This document shows positions 7,779-17,179 of a stretch of DNA of 41,788 nucleotides, piece after piece. The DNA comes from Casimicrobiaceae bacterium (GTDB taxonomy: Bacteria > Pseudomonadota > Gammaproteobacteria > Burkholderiales > Casimicrobiaceae). How positions within the stretch are numbered: the first letter of the stretch is position 1; every line of letters starts with the position of its first letter. A program made the position numbers and the translations under genes. The DNA is taken from positions 1 to 41,788 of the forward strand of contig DASQBO010000129.1 in assembly GCA_035635175.1 (NCBI GenBank). Direction: 5' to 3'. The notes below the pieces were generated by a model. The model saw only the letters and a list, made by a program, of their open reading frames with translations, did no database searches and was not told where the DNA came from.

Positions 7779-8459
7779 TCAGGCGGGAAGCGACGCGAGA
7801 TGCGCGCGCACCGCATGGAGATCGCCGAATCGAAGCGGCGCGAGCTCCGCGAGCGACGCCGGCGGCGCGATTCCGTCGGGCACCCACAGTGGCGTCATCC
7901 CCGCGGCGATCGCGCCACGGATGCCGGGCTCCGAATCCTCGAGCACGATGCACTCCGCCGCGGCGACTTCGAGGCGCGCGGCGGCGAGCACGAAGATGTC
8001 CGGGGCCGGCTTGCCGCACGCCGGCTCGTCGCCGCCGACGAGCGCATGGAACCGCACCGCGAGCGACGTCCTCTCGAGCTTCGCTTCGGCGCGCACGCGG
8101 CGTGTCGACGTCGCCACGGCGCGGCGAATGCCCGCCGCCTCGAGCCATTCGAGGAGCGGAACGAGCCCGGTCTTGAGCGCGATGCCCTCGCGCTCGACGA
8201 TCGCGTCGTACGCGGCGTGCCACGCCTGCATCAGCGCATCCACCGGGTAGTCGCCTCCGTGATGCGCGAGGATCAGCGCGCGGCAATCCGGATAGTTGCG
8301 GCCGACGAGCGAGGAGGTGACCGCGCGGTCGAAGGCGATGCCGGTCGCGGCCGCGGCGTCCGCCCACGCGCGCGCGGCGAGCGGCTCCGTGTCGAGCATG
8401 AGCCCGTCCATGTCGAAGATCACGGCGGCGGGACGCCGCGGCGCGCGCGGCGCGGGCAT
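7779..8459 (-). CDS. HAD-IA family hydrolase (phosphatase)
   Basis: Internal ATG of ORF 7779..8900. AAVIFDMDGLMLDTEP (DxDG motif I), ATSTRR (motif II), GKPAPDIF and EDSEPGIRGAIAAGM (motifs III/IV). 226 aa; shares 1 nt with the ruvC stop. Confidence 0.85.
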   Translation of the reverse strand: MPAPRAPRRPAAVIFDMDGLMLDTEPLAARAWADAAAATGIAFDRAVTSSLVGRNYPDCRALILAHHGGDYPVDALMQAWHAAYDAIVEREGIALKTGLVPLLEWLEAAGIRRAVATSTRRVRAEAKLERTSLAVRFHALVGGDEPACGKPAPDIFVLAAARLEVAAAECIVLEDSEPGIRGAIAAGMTPLWVPDGIAPPASLAELAPLRFGDLHAVRAHLASLPA

Positions 8460-9004
8460 CAGACGAGCCGCCCGCCGCGAACGCGATAGCCCGTCGTGCG
8501 CAGGCCGGAGAGGCCCTGCACCGCGTGCGCGTGCGCGATCGCGCAGGCGAGCGCGTCCGCCGCGTCCGGCGACGGCGCGCCGGGCAGCGCGAGGAGCCGG
8601 CGCACCATCTCCTGCACCTGCTCCTTCGCCGCCTTGCCGTGGCCGACGACGGCCTGCTTCACCTGCAGCGCCGTGTACTCGGCGACGGGCAGCCGGGCCT
8701 GCACGGCGGCCGAGATCGCCGCGCCGCGCGCCTGGCCGAGGAGCAGCGTCGAATGCGGATTCACGTTCACGAAGACCTGCTCGACCGCCACTTCCGTGGG
8801 CGCGTGCAGCGCGATGACCTCGGCGAGGTCGCGCAGGATCACGCCAAGGCGCTCGGGCAGCGCGCCGTCGCCCGCGCGGATGCAGCCGCAGGCGACCCAC
8901 ACGAGCTTGCGGCCCGACGCGTCGATCACGCCGTACCCCGTGACCCGCAGCCCGGGGTCGATGCCCAGGATGCGTCGGGCGGACGGGGCGGGAGGCGGCG
9001 TCAC
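8459..9004 (-). CDS. ruvC: crossover junction endodeoxyribonuclease RuvC
   Basis: [18 protein letters not shown]..., [24 protein letters not shown] and [13 protein letters not shown] are typical of RuvC. Confidence 0.93.
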   Translation of the reverse strand: MTPPPAPSARRILGIDPGLRVTGYGVIDASGRKLVWVACGCIRAGDGALPERLGVILRDLAEVIALHAPTEVAVEQVFVNVNPHSTLLLGQARGAAISAAVQARLPVAEYTALQVKQAVVGHGKAAKEQVQEMVRRLLALPGAPSPDAADALACAIAHAHAVQGLSGLRTTGYRVRGGRLV

Positions 9005-9014
9005 CGCGCGTCCG

Positions 9015-9740
9015 CTACTCGGCGATGACCGCGGTCGTGTACACGTCCTGCACGTCGTCGAGCGACTCGATCGCGTCCAGGAGCTTCTGCATCCGCGCCG
9101 CGTCCTCGCCCGTCATCTCGACCTCGGTCGACGGCTTCATCGTGACCTCGGCGAAAGCGGGCGCGAAGCCCGCCTTGACGAGCGCCTCCTTCACCGCGAC
9201 GAAATCGTGCGGCCCGGTGATGACCTCGAGGCTGCCGTCGTCGTTGGCGATGACGTCCTCGGCGCCGGCGTCGAGCGCGGCCTCCATGAGCCGGTTCTCG
9301 TCGGTGCCCGGCGCGAACACGAGCTGGCCGCAGTGCTTGAACAGGAACGCGACCGAGCCGTCGGTGCCGAGGTTGCCGCCGTGCTTGGAGAACGCGTGGC
9401 GCACGTCCGCGACGGTGCGCGTCCGGTTGTCGGTCATGCAGTCGACCATCACGGCGGCCCCGTTGATCCCGTAGCCCTCGTAGCGGATCTCTTCGTAGTT
9501 CACGCCCTCGAGCTCGCCCGCGCCGCGCTTCGCCGCACGCTCGATGGTGTCCTTCGGCATGTTCTGCGCGGTCGCCTTGTCGATCGCGAGCCGCAGGCGC
9601 GGGTTCATCGCGGGATCGGCGCCGCCCATCTTCGCGGCGACGGTGACCTCGCGGATCAGGCGCGTGAAGATCTTGCCGCGCTTCGCATCGGTCGCCGCCT
9701 TCCGATGCTTGATGTTCGCCCACTTGCTGTGGCCCGCCAT
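9015..9740 (-). CDS. yebC: YebC/PmpR family DNA-binding transcriptional regulator
   Basis: [31 protein letters not shown] is the invariant YebC N-terminus; 241 aa. Confidence 0.93.
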   Translation of the reverse strand: MAGHSKWANIKHRKAATDAKRGKIFTRLIREVTVAAKMGGADPAMNPRLRLAIDKATAQNMPKDTIERAAKRGAGELEGVNYEEIRYEGYGINGAAVMVDCMTDNRTRTVADVRHAFSKHGGNLGTDGSVAFLFKHCGQLVFAPGTDENRLMEAALDAGAEDVIANDDGSLEVITGPHDFVAVKEALVKAGFAPAFAEVTMKPSTEVEMTGEDAARMQKLLDAIESLDDVQDVYTTAVIAE

Positions 9741-9774
9741 GGCCGTCCGTCCCGGTGCACGTTCCGAAACGGAA

Positions 9775-9780
9775 ATTATA
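9775..9780 (-). promoter_or_regulatory. candidate -10 box (TATAAT) upstream of yebC
   Basis: Perfect TATAAT on the minus strand in a 72-bp intergenic gap, about 35 nt upstream of the yebC ATG. It is conspicuous in this GC-rich context. No good -35 was seen. Confidence 0.3.
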
Positions 9781-9812
9781 CCGGCGGGCCCCTGCGGCCG
9801 GGGCGGCCGGCG

Positions 9813-10442
9813 TCAGACGATGCCCTGCCGCTGCAGGAATTTCTGCAGCAGGGCGAGGCGCACGTCGCTGTCGTTGATCTCGAGCATGCCCTGCTTGATC
9901 GACAGCGGCAGCGGCAGCACCTCGGCCAGGCGGTAGCCGACCCACGATGCGTCGTCGTAGGCGCGCGTCTCGGGAAACTGGTTCGGCCCCACGCGGGCCG
10001 CGACCAGCTCGAGCAGCTTCACGAGCGGCTCGAAGCGGGTCGCGAGCGCGACCGCGGGCTCGGCGGGAATGCGCGCGGTCTCGGCCACGACGAGGCCGTC
10101 CGCCTCGGAGCGATGCGCGCGCACCCTGAAGCGTTCGCCGCCCCTCGCCGTGACGTGCAGGATGCCGGGCTCGGGCATGTCCCACGACGCGATCGTCGCG
10201 AGCGTGCCGATCGCCGAGAACTCGGGCGGGACGGCCGGGTCGCGCGCCACTTCCTCGCCCTGCGTGATCAGGCAGACGCCGAACGGCCGCTCGTCCCTGA
10301 GGCATGCCTTCGCCATCGCGATGTAGCGCTGCTCGAAGATGCGCAGCGGCAGGACGCCGCCGGGGAACAGCACCGTCTTGAGCGGGAAGAGCGGCAGCTC
10401 GCTCCGCCCGCGTGCCGCCGCGCTCCTGCGCAGCGCCGTCAT
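9813..10442 (-). CDS. Lon N-terminal (LON substrate-binding) domain protein
   Basis: Internal ATG of ORF 9813..10988. ELPLFPLKTVLFPGGVLPLRIFEQRYIAM is the Lon-N domain signature. 209 aa, with no ATPase or protease part. Confidence 0.85.
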   Translation of the reverse strand: MTALRRSAAARGRSELPLFPLKTVLFPGGVLPLRIFEQRYIAMAKACLRDERPFGVCLITQGEEVARDPAVPPEFSAIGTLATIASWDMPEPGILHVTARGGERFRVRAHRSEADGLVVAETARIPAEPAVALATRFEPLVKLLELVAARVGPNQFPETRAYDDASWVGYRLAEVLPLPLSIKQGMLEINDSDVRLALLQKFLQRQGIV

Positions 10443-11083
10443 CAGGCCGATCGCGTGCCGGGAGCGCCCGCGCCGTCGCGGCCGCCGCCCCAGCGCGGCC
10501 CGATCCGGTGCGCGACGCCGAGCTGGTCGAGCACCCGCGCGACGACGAAGTCGACGAGGTCGGCGACCGTTTCCGGGCGGTCGTAGAACCCGGGCGCGGG
10601 CGGGACGATCGCCGCCCCGGCGCGCGCGAGCCTGAGCATGTTCTCGAGGTGGATCGCGGAGAGCGGCGTCTCGCGCGGCACGAGCACGAGCGGCCGCCGC
10701 TCCTTCAGCATCACGTCGGCGGCGCGCTCGATCAGGTTGTCGGCGAGGCCGCCGGCGATCGCGCCGAGCGTGCCCATCGTGCACGGGCAGACCGCCATCG
10801 CGTCGGCGCAGTTCGAACCCGAGGCGAGCGGCGCCATCCAGTCCTCGTGGCCGTAGACCATGAGCGTGCCCTCGCGCGCACCGAAGCGCGCGGCGAGCGC
10901 GCGCGCCGCCTCGCGCGGCTGCGGCGGCAGCACGAGGTCGCATTCCTGCTTCGCGACGATCTGCGCGGCCGGCGAGTAGCAGAGCCATACGCGCGCATCG
11001 GCGGCGAGCAGCGCTTCGAGCAGCCGCAGCCCGTAGGGCATCCCGGAGGCGCCGGTGAAGGCGAGCGCGATCGTCCGCGGCAT
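10442..11083 (-). CDS. ubiX: flavin prenyltransferase UbiX
   Basis: IALAFTGASGMPYGLRLLE..., PCTMGTLGAIAGGLADNLIERAADVMLKERRPLVLVPRETPL; UbiX/Pad1 family. Confidence 0.9.
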   Translation of the reverse strand: MPRTIALAFTGASGMPYGLRLLEALLAADARVWLCYSPAAQIVAKQECDLVLPPQPREAARALAARFGAREGTLMVYGHEDWMAPLASGSNCADAMAVCPCTMGTLGAIAGGLADNLIERAADVMLKERRPLVLVPRETPLSAIHLENMLRLARAGAAIVPPAPGFYDRPETVADLVDFVVARVLDQLGVAHRIGPRWGGGRDGAGAPGTRSA

Positions 11084-11087
11084 CGTC

Positions 11088-11924
11088 TCAGCCCAGCTCG
11101 CGGTGCCGCGTCAGCACCTGGTAGCGCGGCGAGAACGCCTGGGCGAGGCGCTCGACGAAATAGACCGAGCGATGGCGTCCCCCCGTGCAGCCGATCGCGA
11201 CGGTGAGATAATTGCGGTTGTCGCGCGCGTAGTCGGGCAGCCAGCTTCCGACGAAGTGGTAGATGTCGTTGTACATGCGCTCGACCTCGGGCATCCGCTC
11301 GAGGAACTCGACGACCGCCACGTCGCGGCCGGTCAGCCCCTGCAGCGCCGGCTCGTAGTGCGGATTCGGCAGGCAGCGCACGTCGAATACGAGGTCGGCG
11401 TCGAGCGGGATGCCGTGCTTGTAGCCGAACGACTCGAAGAGCAGGGTGAGGCGCGACGCATCGACGCTGATGAAGTCCTTGATCCAGTTGCGCAATGCCG
11501 CGGCCGCCAGCTCGGTCGTGTCGAACGTGAAGCCGAGCGGGCGGACGTCCTCGAGCAGCGCGCGCTCGTGCTCGATCGCCTCGGTCAGCGTCCGGTCGCC
11601 GCTCGAGAAGGGGTGCCGCCGCCGCGTCTCCGAGAAGCGCTTGACGAGCTCGGGCGTCGTCGCGTCGAGGTAGAGGAACCGGACTGTCCAGCCCGCCGCC
11701 TTGAGCTTCGCGATGGTCTCGGCCAGCCCTGCGAGGCCCGGTCCCGTCTTCACGTCGAGCGCGATGGCGACTCGGCTGCGACCCGCGCGGGCGAGGTGGT
11801 CCGCGGTCGCGGTGGCGAGCGGCAGCGGCAGGTTGTTGACGGTGTAGTAGCCCGAATCCTCGAGCGCGCCGAGCGCCACGTTCTTGCCGGAGCCGGAAAG
11901 GCCGCCGATCAGGAGAAGGTCCAT
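11088..11924 (-). CDS. rapZ: RNase adapter protein RapZ (YhbJ)
   Basis: GLSGSGKNVALGALEDSGYYTVNNLP P-loop N-terminus and C-terminal IGCTGGRHRSV motif. Position downstream of ptsN-hprK. Confidence 0.93.
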   Translation of the reverse strand: MDLLLIGGLSGSGKNVALGALEDSGYYTVNNLPLPLATATADHLARAGRSRVAIALDVKTGPGLAGLAETIAKLKAAGWTVRFLYLDATTPELVKRFSETRRRHPFSSGDRTLTEAIEHERALLEDVRPLGFTFDTTELAAAALRNWIKDFISVDASRLTLLFESFGYKHGIPLDADLVFDVRCLPNPHYEPALQGLTGRDVAVVEFLERMPEVERMYNDIYHFVGSWLPDYARDNRNYLTVAIGCTGGRHRSVYFVERLAQAFSPRYQVLTRHRELG

Positions 11925-12302
11925 GGCGACTCGAGCGAGTCAGCTCGCCCGATTGGCGAGCGGAAACCGTCGCGAGCGCCGCCGGGACGCGAAGCGGGCG
12001 GCCGGAAAACCGGAATGTTCACGGTAGTACATGGATTTCGAGGGCGCTCGCGGCAAAGTGTCGGCGGCAGGTCTACGCCGTCAGTGGTCGGCCTCTTGCA
12101 CCGCTTGCGGCACTCGCAACGCCGGACCAACGGCCGACCTCCATCGCTCGGCGACGCGCGGCCTCCGCACTACCACTTCTTCGCGTAGCGTCGGAGGGTC
12201 GGCCGCCGCCACGCGCTCGCGGACGCGAGCTTCGCTCCTTGGCTTCGCCCCGCTTGCGCGGGCGTCCTCGGCCCTTGGCTCGCATTCGCTCGCCCGCCTC
12301 GC

Positions 12303-13265
12303 TCAGTCGCCCTCATCCATCAGCTTCTGCTGCCGCTCGATGAACTCCTTGGTGCTGTCGATGCCGCGCTGGTTCAGCACGAAGTTGCGCACGGCCGCCT
12401 CGACCAGCACCGCGAGGTTGCGGCCGGCCGCCACCGGGATCGTGACCTTGCGCACCGGGACGTCGAGGATCTCCTGGTACGTGGCGTTGACCTGCAGCCG
12501 GTCGAGCTCCGAGAACGCCTCGTGGCTGTGGTCCTCGAGGTGCACCATGAGCTTGAGCAGCTTGCGCGGGCGCACCGCCGTCTCGCCGAAGATCGTGCGG
12601 ATGTTGAGGATGCCGATCCCGCGCACCTCGAGGAAGTCGCGCAGCACGCCGGGACAGCGGCCCTCTAGGGTGTCGGGCGAGATCCGGTAGATCTCGACGA
12701 TGTCGTCGGCGACGAGGCCGTTGCCGCGCGAGATGAGCTCGAGCGCGAGCTCGCTCTTGCCGATCGCCGAGGCGCCGGTGATGAGCACGCCCATCTCGAG
12801 CACGTCGAGGAACACGCCGTGAAGGGTCGTCGACTCCGCGAGCACCCGCGAGAGGTAGAGGCGAATCACCTCGACCAGATGCGGCGAGGGCTGGGCCGAC
12901 GAGAACAGCGCGACGTGCTGCGCCTCGCACTTGGCGCCGAGCGCGGGCAGCACCGCCTCGCCGTTGGCGACGACGATGGCGACGAGCTCGGTCGCGAACA
13001 GGCGCTCGATCGTCTCCGCGCGCGCGGCGTCGGACAGCCCGCGCAGCCACGCCATCTCGGCCGCGCCCAGGATCTGGATCCGGAACGGGTGGATGAAGTT
13101 CATGTGGCCGACCTGGCCGATCGTCGGCTTGAGCGCCGCGTCGCCGGTCAGCACCCGGCTTCCGCCATGCCGTCCGGCGAGCCAGGCGAGCCCGAGACGC
13201 CCTTCGTTGTCCGCGAAGAACCGCTCGATGCTGACTTGGCGCACCATGCCCGCGGGGCCGGTCAT
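12303..13265 (-). CDS. hprK: HPr kinase/phosphorylase
   Basis: GVLITGASAIGKSELALELISRGNGLVADD P-loop and LEVRGIGILNI signature; 320 aa. Confidence 0.93.
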   Translation of the reverse strand: MTGPAGMVRQVSIERFFADNEGRLGLAWLAGRHGGSRVLTGDAALKPTIGQVGHMNFIHPFRIQILGAAEMAWLRGLSDAARAETIERLFATELVAIVVANGEAVLPALGAKCEAQHVALFSSAQPSPHLVEVIRLYLSRVLAESTTLHGVFLDVLEMGVLITGASAIGKSELALELISRGNGLVADDIVEIYRISPDTLEGRCPGVLRDFLEVRGIGILNIRTIFGETAVRPRKLLKLMVHLEDHSHEAFSELDRLQVNATYQEILDVPVRKVTIPVAAGRNLAVLVEAAVRNFVLNQRGIDSTKEFIERQQKLMDEGD

Positions 13266-13275
13266 GCGGGAACCC

Positions 13276-13731
13276 CTAGGCCTTCCAGTCGCGAAACACG
13301 CCGTGCAGCGCCGTCGCGTCCGCCGCGGCGGCGAGCGCGTCGCGGAACTTCTTCTCGGAGAACATCTGCGCGAGCTCGGAGAGGAGCTGCAGGTGCTGCT
13401 CGGTCGCGTGCTCCGGCACGAGCAGCACGAAGACGTTGCCGACCGGGCGGCCGTCGGGCGCGTCGAATGCGATCGGCGTCTTGAGCCGGGCGAACGCGGC
13501 GCGCGCCTCCCGGAGTCCCTTGATCCGGCCGTGCGGAATCGCGATGCCTTGCCCGAGCCCCGTCGAGCCGAGCTTCTCGCGCGCCTGCAGACTGCCCACG
13601 ACCTGCGCGACGTCGAGCCCGTTGCCCGCCGCGAACAGGCGGCCGAATGCCGCGAACAGGTCGCCCTTCGACCGCGCGTCGAGGTCGGCCAGCACGTTCG
13701 CCGCAGGCAGGAGGTCTGCGATCGGGTTCAT
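13276..13731 (-). CDS. ptsN: PTS IIA-like nitrogen regulatory protein PtsN (EIIA-Ntr)
   Basis: REKLGSTGLGQGIAIPHGRI, with the phosphorylatable His; 151 aa; downstream of rpoN-hpf. Confidence 0.92.
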   Translation of the reverse strand: MNPIADLLPAANVLADLDARSKGDLFAAFGRLFAAGNGLDVAQVVGSLQAREKLGSTGLGQGIAIPHGRIKGLREARAAFARLKTPIAFDAPDGRPVGNVFVLLVPEHATEQHLQLLSELAQMFSEKKFRDALAAAADATALHGVFRDWKA

Positions 13732-13837
13732 CGGTCGGAGCTCGGCGCCGTCCGCGCCGGCGGGAGCGGACCCTCGGACCGATCGGAGGCGTGCCGCAGG
13801 TCCGCCTGCGCGATCATACGCCGCGCGGGGCGCGCTT

Positions 13838-14215
13838 CTAGCCGTTGGCCGGGCCGGGCGCGCCGGCGGCCGGCGCGGGCGCGGCTTCGCCGGTTGCGGC
13901 GTCGCGCTTGATCGCGGCGCCCTCGCGGACGTGCTCGGCGCGCTTTTCCTTGTGCTTCACGACCTGCCGGTCGAGCTTGTCGATCAGGACGTCGATGGCC
14001 GCGTACATGTCCGCCTCGATCGCCTCGACGTGAATGTCCTTGCCGCGGGTGTGCAGGTTGACCTCGACCTTGTGCTGCAGCTTGTCCACCGCGAGCACCA
14101 CGTTCACGTCGATCACGTGGTCGAAATGGCGCGTGACCCGATCGAGCTTGGCGACGACGTAGTCGCGAAGCGCCGGCGTGATGTCGAGGTGATGACCGGT
14201 GAGGTTGAGGTTCAT
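13838..14215 (-). CDS. hpf: ribosome hibernation promoting factor (sigma-54 modulation protein family)
   Basis: MNLNLTGHHLDITPALRDYVVAKLDRV..., characteristic of HPF/YfiA. Immediately downstream of rpoN. Confidence 0.92.
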   Translation of the reverse strand: MNLNLTGHHLDITPALRDYVVAKLDRVTRHFDHVIDVNVVLAVDKLQHKVEVNLHTRGKDIHVEAIEADMYAAIDVLIDKLDRQVVKHKEKRAEHVREGAAIKRDAATGEAAPAPAAGAPGPANG

Positions 14216-14258
14216 CCTGCTCTCCCGTGGTGAAGGAGGGTTCGCGGAAGGTCCCGGA

Positions 14259-15722
14259 TCAGGGCGCCCGCCGCAGGTTGACGGGAGGAATCGACAGCGC
14301 CTCCCGGTATTTCGCGATCGTGCGGCGGGCGACGAGGATGCCCTGGTCGCCCAGCAGATCCGCGATCCGGCTGTCGGTCAGCGGCGTCTTGGGGTCTTCC
14401 GCGCCGATCAGCTGCTTGATCAGCGCGCGGATCGCGGTGGCCGAGGCGGCACCCCCGGTGTCGGTCGCCACGTGGCTGCCGAAGAAGTACTTGAGCTCGT
14501 AGGTCCCGCGCGGGGTCAGCATGAACTTCTGCGTCGTGACGCGCGAGATCGTCGACTCGTGCAGGTCGAGCATGTCGGCGATCTCGCGCAGCACCATCGG
14601 CCGCATCGCGACCTCGCCGTGCTCGAAGAACCGCCGCTGCCGCTCGACGATCGCCTGCGCGACGCGCAGGATCGTCTCGAAGCGCTGCTGGACGTTGCGG
14701 ATCAGCCACTTCGCCTCTTGCAGCTGCGCCGCGAGCTGCTGGTTCGACGTGTCGCGGTTGCGCGTCAGGATGTCGGCGTAGATGCGGTTCAGACGCAGCT
14801 TCGGCATCGCCGCCTCGTTGAGCGAGGCGGTCCACTTGCCGCGCATCTTGCGTACGACCACGTCCGGGATCACGTAGTTCGCCTCGGACTTGGCGAACGA
14901 CGCGCCCGGGCGGGGATTCAGGCTGGTGATGAGCGCGCGCACCGCGCGGACGCCCGCGTCGTCGACGTGCAGCAGGCGCTTGAGCTTGGTGAAATCCCGC
15001 GCGGCGAGCAGCGGCAGGTGGTCGGCGACGACTTGGAGCGCTTCCGCGCGGAACGGCGTGGACGCGGGGAGCGCCTTGAGCTGCAGCGCGAGGCACTCGG
15101 ACGGGTCGCGCGCGCCGAGGCCCGCGGGCTCGAAGCTCTGCACGTAGCGCAGCGCGATCGAGAGCTCGTCGGGGTCGAGCTCGAGCTCGTCGGGAAACAG
15201 CTCGGCGATCTCCTCGAGCGACGTGTGGAGGTAGCCGTCGTCGTCGAGCGCGTCGATCAGCGCGGCGACGATCTGCCGGTCGCGGAGCGGCAGGTTGAGC
15301 TCCGCGAGCTGACGCAGCAGGTGGTCGCGCAGCGAGCTCGCGGCGACCTGCTGGGGGAAGAAGCCGTCGTCGTCGTCGGACGCGCTGCCCGAGCCCCAGT
15401 CCGAATCGCCGGACGAGTAGTCCTCGAAGTCGGCGCGATCGACGCCGTCCGCCTCGCCGTCTTCGCCCGAAGCGGCGCGCTCGGACGACGCCGTGCGCGC
15501 GTCGTCGCGCGATTCCGTCGCGGACGCGGCCGTTCCGACGCTCGGGGGCGCGGCCGGCTCGTCGTCGGCCTCGGCCTTCTCGAGCAGCGGGTTCTCCTGC
15601 AGCATCCGCTCGACCTCGGCGTTGAGCTCGACCGTCGAGAGCTGCAGCAGGCGAATCGATTGCTGCAGCTGCGGCGTCAGCGTGAGGTGCTGCGAGAGCT
15701 TGAGCTGGAGGGTCTGCTTCAT
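14259..15722 (-). CDS. rpoN: RNA polymerase sigma-54 factor RpoN
   Basis: MKQTLQLKLSQHLTLTPQLQQSIRLLQLST N-terminus and the C-terminal RpoN box ARRTIAKYRE. Start moved to the second ATG (15722) to match the canonical N-terminus. Confidence 0.95.
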   Translation of the reverse strand: MKQTLQLKLSQHLTLTPQLQQSIRLLQLSTVELNAEVERMLQENPLLEKAEADDEPAAPPSVGTAASATESRDDARTASSERAASGEDGEADGVDRADFEDYSSGDSDWGSGSASDDDDGFFPQQVAASSLRDHLLRQLAELNLPLRDRQIVAALIDALDDDGYLHTSLEEIAELFPDELELDPDELSIALRYVQSFEPAGLGARDPSECLALQLKALPASTPFRAEALQVVADHLPLLAARDFTKLKRLLHVDDAGVRAVRALITSLNPRPGASFAKSEANYVIPDVVVRKMRGKWTASLNEAAMPKLRLNRIYADILTRNRDTSNQQLAAQLQEAKWLIRNVQQRFETILRVAQAIVERQRRFFEHGEVAMRPMVLREIADMLDLHESTISRVTTQKFMLTPRGTYELKYFFGSHVATDTGGAASATAIRALIKQLIGAEDPKTPLTDSRIADLLGDQGILVARRTIAKYREALSIPPVNLRRAP

Positions 15723-15749
15723 CGAGCTGGCTGCGGGAACGTGCACGGC

Positions 15750-16508
15750 TCAGAGCCGGAAATGCTCTCCGAGATAGACCTTGCGCACGGCCTCATTATA
15801 GACAATCTCCCCGGGCGCTCCCGACGCCAGCACGCGCCCCTCGTTGATAATATACGCCCGGTCGCAGATCCCGAGCGTTTCGCGCACGTTGTGATCGGTG
15901 ATGAGCACCCCGATCCCGCTCGCCTTGAGGAAGCCGATGATCTTCTGTATGTCGAGCACCGCGATCGGGTCGACGCCGGCGAAGGGCTCGTCGAGCAGGA
16001 TGAAGCGCGGCCGCGTCGCGAGCGCGCGCGCAATCTCGACGCGGCGGCGCTCGCCGCCCGACAGCGACAGCGCGGGCGCGTCGGCGAGGTGCGAGATCGA
16101 CAGATCCTCGAGCAGCGCGTCGAGCCGGTTGGCGAGCGCGTCGGGATCGAGGTCCTGCAGCTCGAGGATCGCGCGCACGTTCTGGGCGACGGTGAGCTTG
16201 CGGAAGATCGACGCCTCCTGCGGCAGGTAGGAGAGACCGAGCCGGGCGCGCGTGTGAATCGGGAGGCGCGAGAGCTCGCGGCCGTCGAGCTCGATGCGGC
16301 CGCCGTCGGCGGCGACGAGCCCGACGATCATGTAGAAGCAAGTGGTCTTGCCGGCGCCGTTGGGACCGAGCAGCCCGACCACCTCTCCGCTGCCGACGTC
16401 GAGCGAGACGTCGTGGACGACGGTTCGCGCCTTGTAGCGCTTCTCGAGCTGCGCGACCGCGAGCCTGCTCGTCGGCCGCCGCTCCGCCGCCCCCGCGTCG
16501 ACGATCAT
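15750..16508 (-). CDS. lptB: LPS export ABC transporter ATP-binding protein LptB
   Basis: Walker [10 protein letters not shown], signature [15 protein letters not shown], Walker B ILLDEP. ATGA overlap with lptA. Confidence 0.93.
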   Translation of the reverse strand: MIVDAGAAERRPTSRLAVAQLEKRYKARTVVHDVSLDVGSGEVVGLLGPNGAGKTTCFYMIVGLVAADGGRIELDGRELSRLPIHTRARLGLSYLPQEASIFRKLTVAQNVRAILELQDLDPDALANRLDALLEDLSISHLADAPALSLSGGERRRVEIARALATRPRFILLDEPFAGVDPIAVLDIQKIIGFLKASGIGVLITDHNVRETLGICDRAYIINEGRVLASGAPGEIVYNEAVRKVYLGEHFRL

Positions 16509-17179
16509 CGCGACGGGTTCGGCGCGAGCTCGCCGGCGGGCTTGAGCGCGGCTGGCGGCGCGTCGGGCGCTTTCGCGTCCGGCGCCTTGGCCGCGCCCTT
16601 CGCCGCTTCCTTCCCCTTGCCGGTGACGAGCGGCGAATCGGACTTCGGCTGGAACACGCCGCGCACGCGCGCGCCCGGGCCGGCGGCTTCGGCGCCGGCC
16701 GGCGTGTCCGCGCGACCCTCCGCCTTGAACACTTCGGTCGCCGCGTTGTAAGAAATGTAGTTGCTGCGAATCTCGTCCTGGCCGCGACGCAGGAGCGCAC
16801 GGTCGAAGAGCTCGACGAACTCGCGCGCGCCGTCGTACTCGACGCGCTGCGCGTAGGCTTCGTAGTACTCGTCGGTGCCCTCGCGCTTCTGCCGCACGCT
16901 CACGGGGTTGCCGTAGGCCGTCGCCGACACCGAATTGTCGGGGTTCTGGCGGAAATCGATGCGATCGGCGCGGATCGTGAGCGTGCCCTGCGTGATGACG
17001 ACGTTGCCCGAGAGCGCGCCTTTCTTCGTCTGGTAATTGACGTCGCCCGTGTCGGCCGAATAGTTGATCGGCTTCTCGCGGTCGGCCTTCTCGGCGAGCG
17101 CTGCCGGCGGCGCGGCGAGCGTGGCGGCGGCGAGCGCGAGCGCGAGGGCGGCGGCGTGAGAGGGTGGGCGGCGGTTCAC
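16505..17179 (-). CDS. lptA: LPS transport periplasmic protein LptA (OstA-like), with Lys/Ala/Pro-rich C-terminal tail
   Basis: GTG start at 17179 overlapping the lptC stop (GTGA). Signal peptide [20 protein letters not shown]|EKAD, then an OstA-N type repeat ([35 protein letters not shown]). Confidence 0.88.
   Translation of the reverse strand: MNRRPPSHAAALALALAAATLAAPPAALAEKADREKPINYSADTGDVNYQTKKGALSGNVVITQGTLTIRADRIDFRQNPDNSVSATAYGNPVSVRQKREGTDEYYEAYAQRVEYDGAREFVELFDRALLRRGQDEIRSNYISYNAATEVFKAEGRADTPAGAEAAGPGARVRGVFQPKSDSPLVTGKGKEAAKGAAKAPDAKAPDAPPAALKPAGELAPNPSR

Noticed and set aside
7779-8900. Long 5' extensions of ORFs in the track (7779..8900, 9813..10988, 16505..17761, 31006..32634, 31749..33686, 3739..4746, 4173..5135, 37476..38918).
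   Set aside because: The upstream portions are Arg/Pro-rich read-through across neighbouring genes or repeats. Family-typical N-termini, signal peptides, RBS-like sequences and 1-4 nt stop/start overlaps support the shorter internal starts used in the feature list.
11909-12130. Small ORFs inside the non-coding spacers (11909..12130 -, 21444..21656 +, 7520..7735 +, 7539..7724 -, 33534..33944 +).
   Set aside because: Their composition is Arg/Cys/Pro/Ala-rich with no RBS or motifs. They coincide with repeat and hairpin sequence, so they are treated as non-coding.
14199-16751. Very long ORFs antisense to or overlapping the called genes. Examples are 14199..16751 (+, 850 aa), 19198..21231 (-, 677 aa), 8496..10586 (+, 696 aa), 28691..30556 (-, 621 aa), 34780..36828 (-, 682 aa), 647..2644 (+) and 948..2642 (-).
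   Set aside because: All are extremely Arg/Ala/Pro/Gly/Asp-rich with no motifs. Each lies opposite or out of frame to genes with unmistakable family signatures (rpoN/lptB, the CPA2 antiporter, ruvC/yebC, queF/SDR, hisG/hisD). Stop-codon depletion in ~70% GC DNA produces such ORFs routinely.
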